In this document: positions 1-11,892 of the stretch, piece by piece
Layout: every line of letters begins with the position of its first letter
Position numbering within the stretch: position 1 is the stretch's first letter
NCBI GenBank assembly: GCA_052327205.1
Contig: CM126209.1
Span: 24,180,001 to 24,244,000 of the forward strand
Direction: 5' to 3'
Origin: Somniosus microcephalus
Taxonomy: Eukaryota
DNA length: 64,000 nt
The notes under the pieces: model-generated
Told to the model about the DNA's origin: nothing
The model's input: the letters and a program-made list of their open reading frames with translations, nothing else
Databases searched by the model: none
Program-made: the position numbers and the translations under genes

Positions 1-519
1 GCAGCTGAAGTTGAGATGACAGAAGTGATCTGTCACTGGTGAGAAAGGTTGCTCCATGGAGGTGACACTGGATAGAGAGTTTGCTCCAAACACTTCAAAC
101 CTCCATAAAGCTGAAAAGTGTATTCCAAATCCTGAAGGCTTCAGCTTAAGATTGGAAATAGAACAGCTGTGAAATGGTAGCTTTTATACCACTTTTGCAG
201 CTGTCAACTATTCACAACAATGGAGAGTAATTGAGAACCCGACACACGTACCTGACATGATCCCCGAGCACTGGGAACCTCGTAAAAAACATGGAAAAAT
301 CATTAGGACCTGGTACAATGCTGCTTAAATACCTTTAAGTATCTTCTTAAATATTTCAATTGCCTGACCCGCCGCTTAGTGCTGGGTCTGCAAACCGGGA
401 AATTAACAAGGAGGCGGGTTCAGAGCAGACTTCCGCCCCGCTGTCAATCACTGCCATTTTAACAGTGGACCCGCCTCCGAACCCGCCCTCTGAGCGCTGG
501 CAAAATTCAGCCCTAGAAC

Positions 520-880
520 TTCAGTGCATAATTTAGGCTGACACTATTAAGGGAGTGCTGTACTGTCATTGTGCCATCTTTTGGATGAGATGTTACGCTG
601 AGGTTCTTTCTGCCCTCTGAGGTTGATGTAACAGATCTTAAGACACTATTTGAAGAAGAGCAAGGAAGCTCTCCCGGTGTCCTGGCCAACATTTATCCCT
701 CAATTAACACCACCAAAACAGAATTACTGGTCATTGGTGTTTCTGAGACCTTATTGTGCAAAAAGTGGCTACTACATTTGCCTACAGAACAGTGACTGCA
801 CTTCAAAAGTAAGTCATTGGCTGTGAAGCACTTTGGGACTTCCTGGGAACATGTGTGACTATGTATAAGTGCAAACCTAT
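520..880 (+). mobile_element. DeuSINE (SacSINE1/AmnSINE-like) fragment
   Basis: Deu-domain-type core (ggctgacact..gggagtgctg..ggatgagatg..cactatttgaagaagagca..cttcaaaagta..ggctgtgaagcactttggga), matching other copies in the window. Confidence 0.7.
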
Positions 881-1068
881 CTTTCTTTTTCCCACAGGTC
901 CAGTTTGTGTAACACCCACTGGGCCGGGCCTTCAACTGCTTGCCCATGTTTAGATATTTGGTGCATGCATGGGTACCCACATGGTGTCCACCTATTTGCC
1001 AGAAGTTTTCAGTGACCTGTGGCCACTGCAGGACATCTATTACATACTGACCCAAATGTAAAAGTTAT

Positions 1069-1295
1069 TGTTATGAATCTTATGATCCATGAAGAAAGAC
1101 TCATGAAATAACACTGGACGGCCAGCTGGTGGCGCCGTCCAAGGAGTATAAATACTCGGGCGTGGTCCCAGCTTGCCCAGGACATTGTGTAAACAGGAAC
1201 TAGTGAAAGATAACTAGACCTCCATGTTTTGAAACAAGTTGATTAAAGCCTTGCTTTATACTCAAACCAAGTGCGTAGTGAGTTTTATTACGTCA
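1069..1295 (+). mobile_element. Solo LTR
   Basis: TG...CA termini flanked by the 5-bp direct repeat GTTAT (1064-1068, 1296-1300); internal TATAAA (~1148) and ATTAAA (~1242). Confidence 0.7.
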
Positions 1296-1377
1296 GTTAT
1301 CATTTAAAAACTTTAATGGCAGTGCACTTTGAGTTTGAACAGGCTGTCCACTATTCATTTCAGGGGGTTAAAGTAAA

Positions 1378-1735
1378 AAAGAAAGACTTGTATTGATATA
1401 GCACCTTTCACGACCACTGGACATCCCAAAGAGCTTTACAGCCAGTGAAGTACTTTTTGAAGTGTAGTCACTGTTGTAATGTCAATTTGCGCACAGCAAG
1501 CTCCCACAAACAGTAATGTGATAATGACCAGATAATCTGTTTTAGTGATGTTGATTGAGGGATAAATATTGGTCAGGACACCAGGGATTACTGCCCTGCT
1601 CTTCTTCAAAATAGTACCATGGGATCTTTTACGTCTGCCTAAGGGCCTCGGTTTAACGTCTCATCCGAAAGACCAGACCTCCGACAGTGCAGCACTCCCT
1701 CAGCACTGCCCTGGAGTGTCTGCCTAGATTTTGTG
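1378..1735 (-). mobile_element. DeuSINE (SacSINE1-like)
   Basis: Reverse Deu core and tail (tatagcacctttcacgacc..gaagtgtagtcactgttgtaatg..gcacagcaag..cccacaaac..tcatccgaaagac..gcagcactccctcagcactg). Confidence 0.8.
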
Positions 1736-3681
1736 ATGGGTTGATGTTAACATTTCTATCCTTTTGGCATTGGGCATGCGACATCGCCTCGGCCTGTATG
1801 AAATGGAACATTCCCATTCTGATGAGCAGAAAAGAAGTTTTTTGTTTAGAGAAAAGTTCTTTCATGAACAGCTTATTTATAAAACACAATTCTCTGCCAT
1901 GTCCTTGGACCAGATGGCTGAGGAAAAACACAGGTTTAACACTTCAAACCTGAGGACTGGGCCCACTGAGAGGGGACTGGTTTGATGTTTGGTGCCTTTG
2001 CTTCTTCGTTCAATTACTTCTGGCAATGATTCTGTTTGGCCAGCTGCCACTGTGCAGTCTATTCTGTTGGCCATTTTTATAATACAATCATGCAGATTTA
2101 TAGTAGACATAGTGAAAACTACAGCACATTTTATGGATTTCTGGCCCATAAGAAATAAGAAATGTTCAGGAGTGGTTTTATGTCCAATTATTACAGAGGA
2201 CAAACTGGTTCCAATCTTGCCAAACTTGAAGTCGGCGGAAATGAAAATCGGGAGAGATGTCCAACAGGCATCTGAATCGATACTACCCATTTTTGCACTA
2301 TTGCCCGAGGTCAAAATTACCCCCTCGGCCCTATCAGGCCAAGCTCAATTTGTTGGGACAGCAGCTTGATTGGAAAACTCTTGGAGCCGCCGTATTGGAC
2401 TGTAGCTGATGTGACATGCAATGTCGTGTTTTGGCTCTGGGGAAACGAGTTAAAAGCACGCGCATTTCGAACCTCACTCCACGGACTTCCGAGATGAGGT
2501 TTCTTAACAGTGCGTTGACATGTCTGGGGAGTGACAGTCTTCTTTTATTTTGGCTGTCGAATTGTTTTTTGTTACGTTAGGTTAGCTGCTTTTTCTGGTC
2601 TGTTTTCCCTTGTTATTTTGCAGTTTAGATATCTTTTCCACTTCTGCCCTTTTTAGCAAACCTTTGTGGAGACTGATTTCACCCCCTGCAGGGTTCACAG
2701 AAAGGCCTGAATGGAAGAGCGAGAATATGGTTGTGCGTATTCCTGGAGGTGTCGGCACATGACCTCTTGCCTCAAGCTGCCCTATCCAATCAAACTCCAT
2801 CTCCAACTCCATCACTTTTGTTCAATATTAGTTAAATAAACAAAAGTGTTCAAAAAATGAGAGTAAAGTGAAATTTCTTTTGAACGCCCCTGTTATTTTC
2901 CTCCAGGTTTGCTTCCAGCCATGTCCAGGAGATTAATCTTGAATTCCTGGAGACCCCAAGACAACCGTGGAGAATTGGCAACCCTCTAACAGACAGACAG
3001 TTGCGGGTGCTGACAAAGGGGGGAGTTTCATGGTAATGGTGGACAGTAGGCGAGGAGGTTTCTTTTAATTTGTCTTATCAGCTTTTTCCCCTTGCCTCCT
3101 GAAGGTATTCATGTTGCATTGGTACAGTCCCAGGAGCATCAGTCAACTTCCAGTATAGATGAGTCTTAGTGAGTATTTACGGGCATTTGGAACGCAGGTT
3201 GGGGCGGGGGGGGGGGGGCGGGGGGGGAGGTCGGCGGGGGGGCTCAATCCTATCGCTACCCACTTTCCAACTAGAGTTCTGACAGTGATTACCCTGAGCT
3301 CTTCTCCCCTATCTCAATCAGGAGCACTAACTGTTGTAGTGATCAATAAAGTTTAGGGGGGGTGGGGGTTAAACCTTGTATGATAAAGGTAGATGTCATC
3401 AGGTTTAATGAAAGTATGAACCTTATTGATTTATACTGAAGTAACAGCCTCGATTTTGTACTTCAGTCTTCGGGCGAGGTTTCAAGCCACAGCCTTCTGA
3501 CCCAGAGATGACCTCCACCAACTGAGCCAAATGGACATGCGCACAGAATGTGGACGGCTCACCGCGTTCCGTTACTGTGGGCAGTTGCGATTTTCTGGTG
3601 TCACTTGCCGGTTTCCTTTGAATGGTACGGCGCACTAGCCAATGGCAAGCCTAACACTGTAAAGAATTGTTAAAAATGTAG

Positions 3682-3867
3682 GGCCTAGAAATTCGTCTCA
3701 GCCGATGGCACAAAGCAGGCGGGATCAGATCGGCCGCCCGTTATACGCAGCACCTGATATTCAGTTCCATTGCAGTCAGTTTAACTGAGTGTCAGGTGCT
3801 GCGTATAACGGGCAGCCGATCCGATACAGCCCGTTTTGCGCCACTGCCCCAGACGAATTTCTAGGCA
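3682..3867. mobile_element. Foldback Harbinger-type MITE
   Basis: TIR GGCCTAGAAATTCG / CGAATTTCTAGGCA, 3-bp TSD TAG, near-perfect internal palindrome. Confidence 0.8.
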
Positions 3868-4690
3868 TAGACATTTTGGGAGTTAAGTATAGTTGGGATC
3901 TCCCGTTATGAAGTTATGAGTTTATCTGGAATTGTTTAATGTTGATTTACTTGTGTGTAATATGCAGTTTACTTTGTTGTATATTCATGTTGAGTCGGCA
4001 CCCTCACCATGGTAACAGAGCTTGTTTATACACACAGTAGGGCGCCATGGTAATCAGTAGGAGATGGGGTGACAAGCCTTGATTTAAACACACTGGGGTA
4101 TATGTGGCGTTTAGAAAGAGGAAAATTTGGAAGAACAATTGAATAGAAAGCGCCAAAAACGTTTGTGATGAAGAAGGATCCAACAACAAGTTTTCTCCTT
4201 CTATCTTTCTGGGAATGTCCCCTTAAATACTGCAGTCTGACAGCAGTCAATTTTCAGTTGTTGAGGGTGGGCTTGAATAGCACAGATCCTACTGGTGTAT
4301 AAGCTGTCAGCTTTGGGGACTGATTGTGAGATGCGCAGAGCCAGTGAGCGAAAAAGGAAACAGAGGGGTGCAGAAAAAGATGACACATCATTGGCTGGGA
4401 TCAGGAGTTCTTTTCCAGTTTACTTATGCACTTTTAGTACAGTCCAAGTCAAGAGGTGAAATAATACAGATGGAAATCAGTAGTGAAGAAGCAATTAATT
4501 AAAGGGCACCTATCAGGAAAATATTGATAGACTGCAGTGCAGCTTTTAATGCTGTTGTGTCGTGCTTATCAGGAGACGGGCTATGTGAGGCAAGGAGAGT
4601 CTGGTACTCACTGCCAATAATCCCTGCTCCTGAGATAGAGAGCCAAGACAGTGTGATGAAATATGCCATTCATCAGGCACTGTATTCCCT

Positions 4691-5390
4691 GGCCTAGAAA
4701 TTGAGTGGGCTTTGCGCCCATTTTGCGGCGCTAGAGGTCATTGCGCTGGACTTACAGCCGGTTCAGAAATTCCCTGGGGCCCTACCATCGGCGGTAGACC
4801 GGTTGCGCTGCGCCGGCGCCGATGACGTCATCGGTGTGCGCAGCGTCCCGGTTGCCGTGGTGACGGGCCCCAGCGCCGAAATTGAGTTGCAGCCGCCTCG
4901 CCCGTGGCAGCCGCAACTAAGACTCTGGCAACCGAGTCTTACAGGAGTTTGCGCCGGCGCATTAAGGTTGCGCGGCGGCCGGCCGCTTTCCCGCCGGCCA
5001 CCTGCCCGCACCTCCCTCCCCGGACTCCTCCACCGCCCCCCCCGCGGAACAGATGCTTCTGGGCTGCGAGCCCGGCACTTCCCCGAGGTGCCGGGCTCAT
5101 TTTTGTGAAGATTTTACCGGCCAGCGGGCGGGTGCAGGCAGCTCCTCCTTAACTGAAGGAGGAGGCCTGCACTTCCCGAGCCTGCCACACCGCATCGGGC
5201 GCCGCAGCGCCGGAATAGCGCCGCAATGCGGCAGGTAGCGCCCATTTTCAGGCGCAAACACCCTTCGGTAGCGCCGGCAGCCGTTTGGGCGCGGCGCTAC
5301 TGAATTTTTGGCGCGCGCAGGGGGACTTAGCGCCGGCGCTAACTTTCCAGTGCTAAAGCCCTGGTGCGGCGCCAACTGAATTTCTAGGCC
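4691..5390. mobile_element. GC-rich Harbinger-type MITE inserted in the Gypsy-A 5' LTR
   Basis: TIR GGCCTAGAAATT / AATTTCTAGGCC, TSD CCT; absent from the 3' LTR, which reads tattccctgtg. Confidence 0.9.
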
Positions 5391-5640
5391 CCTGTGTTTA
5401 GTTTAGTTTCAGTTTCATTTCCTTACCTGTATTGTATTGTGTGTAGGGCTCCGCCCATACCTGGCCCCTACTTAAGCAAGCCCCAGCGTGTCTCACAGCA
5501 GTACAGCAGATCTCTGGACGAGAGACACTTCTCCAATGTGTATTACTTTCTGAGTTAATAAAAGCCTTGCTTTGCTCCGTTAACGTCGAGTCTCGGATTC
5601 ATTGAGGTACATCAATTTTATTAACTCAATTTTCAACGCA

Positions 5641-8600
5641 ATGGACCAACTCTTGAAACCCGAACGTTTGGATTTGGACCCGCATGCTTCGGACGCATCG
5701 GCATGATTCGGACACTGGTTTAAGTGTATGGAATTCTTCCTGGACAATTCCGCAGCCATCACAGGCGCTACGGACGCTGAGAGTATGAAACTTGGAATCC
5801 TTCGGAATTGGGTAAGCCACCGGGTTTACCCCCTCATCCAAGACGCCGACACGTACCCGGCCGCCTGCGACATCCTAAAGGCGCATTACCAGCAGCCTAC
5901 GAACGAGGTGTACGCTAGGCATCTGCTCGTTACTCGCACACAGCGACCTGGGGAATTGCTGGATGAGTTCCTAGTCACCCTGAAAACGCTTGGCAAAGAC
6001 TGCAAGTGCCAAGATGTAAAAGCCGCAGTGTACACTGACGAGCTTGTTCGTGATGCCTTTATCGCAGGCCTCAGCTCCACTTACATCCGGCAGAGACTAC
6101 TGGAAAAAACGGGATTGGACCTGAAATAGGCTGTGGACACATCGCGATCCCTGGATGTGGCCCAGAGAAACTCGGACGCCTACTCTTCGGCCCGCGCCGC
6201 CCACGCCGCCACGTGTGCACCAAGGGCGCCACCATCTTGGAAGGCATCTTCCCTGCCCAGCAGCCCGACACCGTCGGGGCCCCGCTCTCCCCCCAGAAGC
6301 CCTACGACAGCCGCGACACGTCGGGGCCCCAACTGCTACTTCTGCGGGCAGCCGAAGCACATCAGAAACCTGTGCCCGGCGAAAGGCACCACCTGCTTTA
6401 AGTGCGGTAAGAAGGGGCACTTCGGGAAGGTGTGCAGAGGGAACCCCGCTGGAAAACCCGCCACCGCCGCGTGTGCGCCGTGGGAGTGGCCATCTTGGAC
6501 GCCATCTTGCCCGACCTCGTGGGGTCCGCCATCTTGTGAGCAGACAGCGTGGACGCCATCTTGTCTCGATCAGGGCCCTACAGTGGCATCGGTCACAGTG
6601 GACCAGACCAGATCGCACCCGCTATCCAAATCAATGGTGGACATCGAGGTAAACGGGTGCGGGGTTAAATGTTTAATTGACAGTGGAAGCACGGAGAGTT
6701 TTATCCACCCTGAACTAGCACAACAACTCTCCCTAACGGTGGTCAATGCTCGGGGCACCATCTCTATGGCTGATAAAACCCAGACATCGACCATTATGGG
6801 GTACTGCACGGTACAATTGTCCGTTAACGGAACTGTATACGATAATTTTAAATTACTAATCATGAAGAATCTATGTGCGAGCGTGATCTTGGGCCTGGAT
6901 TTCCAGTGCCACCACCAAAGCATCACGCTCAATTACGGTGGGTCCCAGCCACCCCTCACAGTGTGCGGTCTGGCTACCCTGAAGGTAAAGCCACCTTCGC
7001 TATTCGCGAACCTTACTCCCAACTGCCGGCCAATAGCGACGAAAAGCAGGAGGTACAGCTGGGAGGACAGGCGGTTTATCGCGACCGAGGTAGACAGGCT
7101 CCTGAAGGAGTGCATTATCGAACGCAGCAACAGCCCGTGGCGCGCCCAAGTGGTGGTGGTGAGGGGTAGCGAGAAGAAGCGGATGGTGATAGATTATAGC
7201 CAGACGGTTAATCTATACACCCAGCTAGACGCCTACCCGCTACCCCGCATATCCGAGATGGTGAACCAAATCGCCCAATACCGGGTGTTCTCCACCATCG
7301 ACCTCAAGTCAGCGTACCACCAGCTCCCTATCAGACCAGAGGACTGCCCGTACACCGCCTTCGAGGCGAACGGACGCCTCTACCAATTCCTCAGAGTCCC
7401 CTTTGGGGTGACGAATGGGGTCTCGGTCTTCCAGAGGGAGATGGACCGCATGGTCAATGACCACCACTTGCAGGCAACCTTCCCCTACCTCGACAACGTC
7501 ACCATCTGCGGTCACAACCAGCAGGATCACAACTCGAACCTCGAGAGGTTCCTGAAAACCGCACAAAAACTCAACCTCACTTACAACGAGGACAAGTGCG
7601 TTTTCAACACCACGCGCCTCTGCATACTAGGCAGCATGGTGGAGAATGGGGAAATCGGACCAGACCCCGACCGATTGCGCCCCCTACGGGAGCTCCCCCT
7701 GCCCAACACTCCCAAAGCCCTGAAAAGGTGCCTGGGGTTATTTTCTTATTATGCCCAATGGGTCCCAAACTACTCCGACAAAGCCCGCCCCCTCTTGAAA
7801 GCATCCTCTTTTCCGCTCTCGGCTGAGGCCCACGCCGCCTTCAAAAGCATTAAGCGGGATATTGAGCGGGCCACGCTACAGGCAGTGGACGAGAACACTC
7901 CCTTTCAAGTGGAAAGTGATGCGTCTGACTTTGCCTTGGCGGCCACCCTCAACCAGGCGGGGCGGCCCGTAGCTTTCTTCTCGAGGACCCTCCAAGGGCC
8001 CGAGATCAGACACTCCTCCGTGGAAAAGGAGGCCCAAGCCATCGTGGAGGCAGTGCGCCACTGGCGCCACTACCCAGCCGGCAAACGCTTCACCCTACTT
8101 ACCGACCAGCGGTCGGTAGCGTTTATGTTCAATAATAAACAGAGGGGGAAGATTAAAAATGATAAGATTCTTAGGTGGCGGATCGAGCTCTCCACCTTCG
8201 AGTATGACATCATTTACCGGCCAGGGGCCCTTAACAAATCCCCCGATGCCCTCTCATGAGGGATGTGTGCTAGCGCCACCGGGGATCGGCTACAGACCAT
8301 CCACAACGACCTCTGCCACCCAGGGGTCACACGGCTGTTCCACTTCATAAAGTCCCGCAACTTACCCTACTCGATTGAGGAAGTTCGGTCTCTGACCAGG
8401 AACTGCCGCACTTGCGCTGAGTGCAAGCCCCGGTTCTACCGCCCAGATAGAGCCCACTTAATCAAAGCTACACGGCCCTTTGAGCGGCTCAGCTTAGATT
8501 TCAAGGGCCCCCTCCCGTCCGTCGACCGCAATGTTTACTTCCTGAACATTGTGGACGAATACTCCCGTTTCCCATTCGCCTTCCCCTGCCCAAACATGAC

Positions 8601-9399
8601 CAGCGCCACGGTCATTAAATGCCTCAACAGCCTGTTCTGCCTGTTCGGTATGCCGAGCTACATCCATACGGATAGGGGGGCGTCCTTCATGAGTGAAGAG
8701 CTACGCCAGTACATGCTGTCCAGGGGGATCGCCACGAGCCGTACCACCAGCTACAACCCCCAGGGTAACGGCCAGGTGGAGCGAGAGAACGGGACTGTAT
8801 GGAAAGCAGTCACTCTAGCTCTAAGGACCAAGGGCCTCCCTATCTCCCGCTGGCAGGAAGTCCTCCCAGATGTGCTCCATTCGATACGGTCACTATTGTG
8901 TACTGCCACTAATGCCATGCCTCATGAACGAATGTTTGTCTTTCCCCGGAAATCCACCTCAGGTGTATCCATGCCGTCATGGCTCTCCACCCCAGGTCCG
9001 GTATTTGTACGAAGGCATGTGAGGGGCCACAAGACGGACCCCCTCGTGGAGTCAGTGCACCTACTCCACGCCAACCCCCAATACGCGTATGTCCGGCACG
9101 CCGACGGAAGGGAGGACACCGTGTCCATAAAAGACGTCGCCCCAGCCGGTAACGACAACAACCACGACAACAACAGCAACAACGATCACAGCAATTCTTA
9201 CCCACCCACTATCCTTTCACCACCCCCGGAAGAACATCGACCAACGGTGCCCCCACCAACTACCCCTTCAACAACCCTGGTGGCGCCCCCGGCAGAGACC
9301 CAGGAGGCCACCGGGGACACCCAGCCGACACCCGCGGCACCACAACAGCTACGTCGGTCACAGAGGACTATCAAACCCCCGAACAGACTAAATCTGTAG
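5641..9399 (+). pseudogene. Single-frame gag-pol polyprotein with 3 premature stops
   Basis: MDQLLKPERLD.. start; zinc knuckles (CFKCGKKGHFGKVC), protease LIDSGS, RT YLDN, RNase H ESDASD, integrase LSLDFKGP..HTDRG..VERENG. All ORF pieces are in one frame, with stops at 5704, 6127 and 8257. Confidence 0.93.
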
Positions 9400-9409
9400 A
9401 AGGGGTGAA

Positions 9410-9669
9410 TGTGATGAAATATGCCATTCATCAGGCATTGTATTCCCTGTGTTTAGTTTAGTTTCAGTTTCATTTCCTTACCTGTATTGTATTGTGTGTA
9501 GGGCTCCGCCCATACCTGGCCCCTACTTAAGCAAGCCCCAGCGTGTCTCACAGCAGTACAGCAGATCTCTGGACGAGAGACACTTCTCCAATGTGTATTA
9601 CTTTCTGAGTTAATAAAAGCCTTGCTTTGCTCCGTTAACGTCGAGTCTCAGATTCATTGAGGCACATCA
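9410..9669 (+). repeat. Gypsy-A 3' LTR
   Basis: 260-bp direct repeat of the 5' LTR, contains AATAAA, ends CATCA before the TSD. Confidence 0.95.
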
Positions 9670-9985
9670 GACAGGGACCTGTCAAACCTTGTTAATAGAG
9701 GTTGCTGAGTCTAAATGTCAGGTGATATTGAAAGTTAAGGCTGGACCCTCTGAAGGAGAGTCTGGAACTCAAAGCCAAGGCAATTTTGTCAAAAACCTGA
9801 AAGAGAATCTCCTTAGTTTGTGAGAGTTTTGTGTTTATTTTTTGGGGGCAATTCGGATAAAATTAAAAAGGAAACAGAGGGAGCAAGAAAGAAGATTAAG
9901 ATGAGATAGAAAACAATTAAAGAGAAAGCAAGAACATGGATTTATATAGCATCCTTCATGACCACAGGGCACTACAAAGCATTTA

Positions 9986-11111
9986 AAAAAAATTCATTTT
10001 ATGGGATGTGGGCATCGCTGGCAAGACCAGCATTTATTGCCCATCCCTAATTGCCCCTGAGAAGGTGGTGGTGAGCTGCCATCTTGAACCGCTGCAGTCC
10101 ACGTGGTGAAGGTACTCCCACAGTGCTGTTAGGTAGGGAGTTCCAGGATTTTGACCCAGCGACGATGAAGGATCAGCGATATACTTCTAAGTCAGGATGG
10201 TGTGTGACTTGGAGGGGAACTTGGAGGTGATGGTGTTCCCATGCACCTGTTGCCCTTGCCCTTCTAGGTGGAAGAGGTCGCGGGTTTGGGAGGTACTGTC
10301 GAGGAAGCCTTGGTGAGTTGCTGCAGTGCATCTTGTAGATGGTATACACTGCAGCCACGGTACGCCGGCGGTGGAGGGAGTGAATGTTTAAGGTGGTGGA
10401 TGGGGTGCCAATCAAGTGGGCTGCTTTGTCCTGGATGGTGTCGAGCTTCTTGAGTGTTGTTGGAGCTGCACTCATCCTGGCAAGTGGAGAGTATTCTATC
10501 ACACTCCTTAACTGTGCCTTGTAGATGGTGGAAAGGCTTTGGGGAGTCAGGAGGTGAGACACTCGCCGCAGAACATCTAACCTCTGACCTGCTCTTTTTG
10601 CCACAGTATTTACGTGGCTGATCCAGTTACGTTTCTGGTGACCCCCAGGATGTTGATGGTGGGGGATTCGGCGATGGTAATGCCATTGAATGTCAAGGCC
10701 CGGTGGTTAGACTCTCGCTTGTTGGAGATAGTCAATGCCTGCCACTTCTGTGGCGCAAATGTTATCTGCCGCTTATCAGCCCAAGTCTGAACGTTGTCCA
10801 GGTCTTTTTGCCTTCGGGCATGGACTGCTTCATTATCTGAGGAGTTGTGAATGGCACTGAACACTGTGCAGTCATCAGCGAACATCCCCATTTCTGACCT
10901 TATGTTGGAGGGAAGGTCATTGATGAAGCAGCTGAAGATGGTTGGGCCGAGGACACTGCCCTGAGGAACTCCTGCAGCGATGTTCTGGAGCTGTGATGAT
11001 TGACCTTCAACCACCACAACCATCTTCCTTTGTGCTAGGTATGACTCCAGCCAGTGGAGAGTTCCCCCCCCCCCCCAACGATTCCCATTGACTTCAGTTT
11101 TACTAGGGCTC
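9986..11111 (-). mobile_element. 5'-truncated CR1-group LINE (RT C-terminus and 3' tail) inserted into a DeuSINE
   Basis: VPQGSVLGP..FINDLP..MFADD RT motifs; tail gggcaataaatgctgg..cccacatccc; SINE halves at ~9925-9985 and ~11112-11495. Confidence 0.88.
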
Positions 11112-11495
11112 CATTCACAGCCAACTAAGTACTTTTGAAGTGTAGTCACTATTGTAATATAGGGAAATGCGGCAGCCAATTTGCACGCAGCAAGATCCCA
11201 CAAGCAGCAATGAAATATATGACTAGATCACCTGTTTTAAGTGATGTTGGTTGAGGATTAAATATTGACCAGATTACCAGGGCGAATTCCCCTGTTCTTC
11301 TTCAAACCGAATCTTTTACGTCAATTGAGAGGGCATACACTCATCCAAAAGGCAGTAGCTCCAACAGTGCCACACTCCTTCAGTGCAGCATTGACGTATC
11401 AGCCTAGATTATGTGCTGCAGTCTCTGGTGTGGTGTTTCAACCCGTAACTCTGACACTCAGAGGCAAAAATTCTACCACTGAGCTAAGGCTGACA
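11112..11495 (-). mobile_element. DeuSINE body (split by LINE)
   Basis: acagccaa..tacttttgaagtgtagtcact..gcggcagccaatttgcacgcagcaagatcccacaa; tRNA-like head at the right end. Confidence 0.75.
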
Positions 11496-11892
11496 CTTCA
11501 ATTAAATCACACGTCAGGTGATAATGCTCACTATTGTGTTATGCCAAAAAAAAGCTTGTGACTTTTCTCGACAAGGGTCCCAAATTTCCACTGAGACCAA
11601 GAACTCTCTTGATGCCTCTCTACTCTCTGTGTGAGAGTTCATATTTCCCTCTGGAACCTAGGATTCTCCTTCTGCTTCTCTGCACTCTGTGTTTGAGCCC
11701 GCAGTCCTCTCTGAAATGCCTGGCTCTCATGCTTTCTCCCTGCTCTCTGCGCTGCACCAGTTGCTTCCGACACCCGGGATTCACCTCTGCCTCTTTCTGT
11801 GAGAGAGTCAATTCTGCTGTGAGACCAGGGGCTGTCCAGCTGCCTCTTGCCTCCAATTCCTTCTCAATCACTAGTCATAAGTAAGAAACTGC

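Larger units (their letters stand above)
4652..9669 (+). mobile_element. Ty3/Gypsy LTR retrotransposon, full length (Gypsy-A)
   Basis: LTRs 4652-5614 (interrupted by a MITE) and 9410-9669, TG..CA ends, about 3 differences in 260 bp; TSD GACAG; PPT agaaggggtgaa before the 3' LTR; gag-PR-RT-RH-IN order. Confidence 0.97.

Noticed and set aside
3199-3242. G-run tract as a functional G-quadruplex
   Set aside because: Low-complexity homopolymer without supporting context; length may be a sequencing artefact.
6127-6129. TAG between gag ORF pieces as a programmed gag-pol readthrough site
   Set aside because: It lies upstream of the zinc knuckles, inside gag, and two other in-frame stops exist; CAG>TAG decay is simpler.
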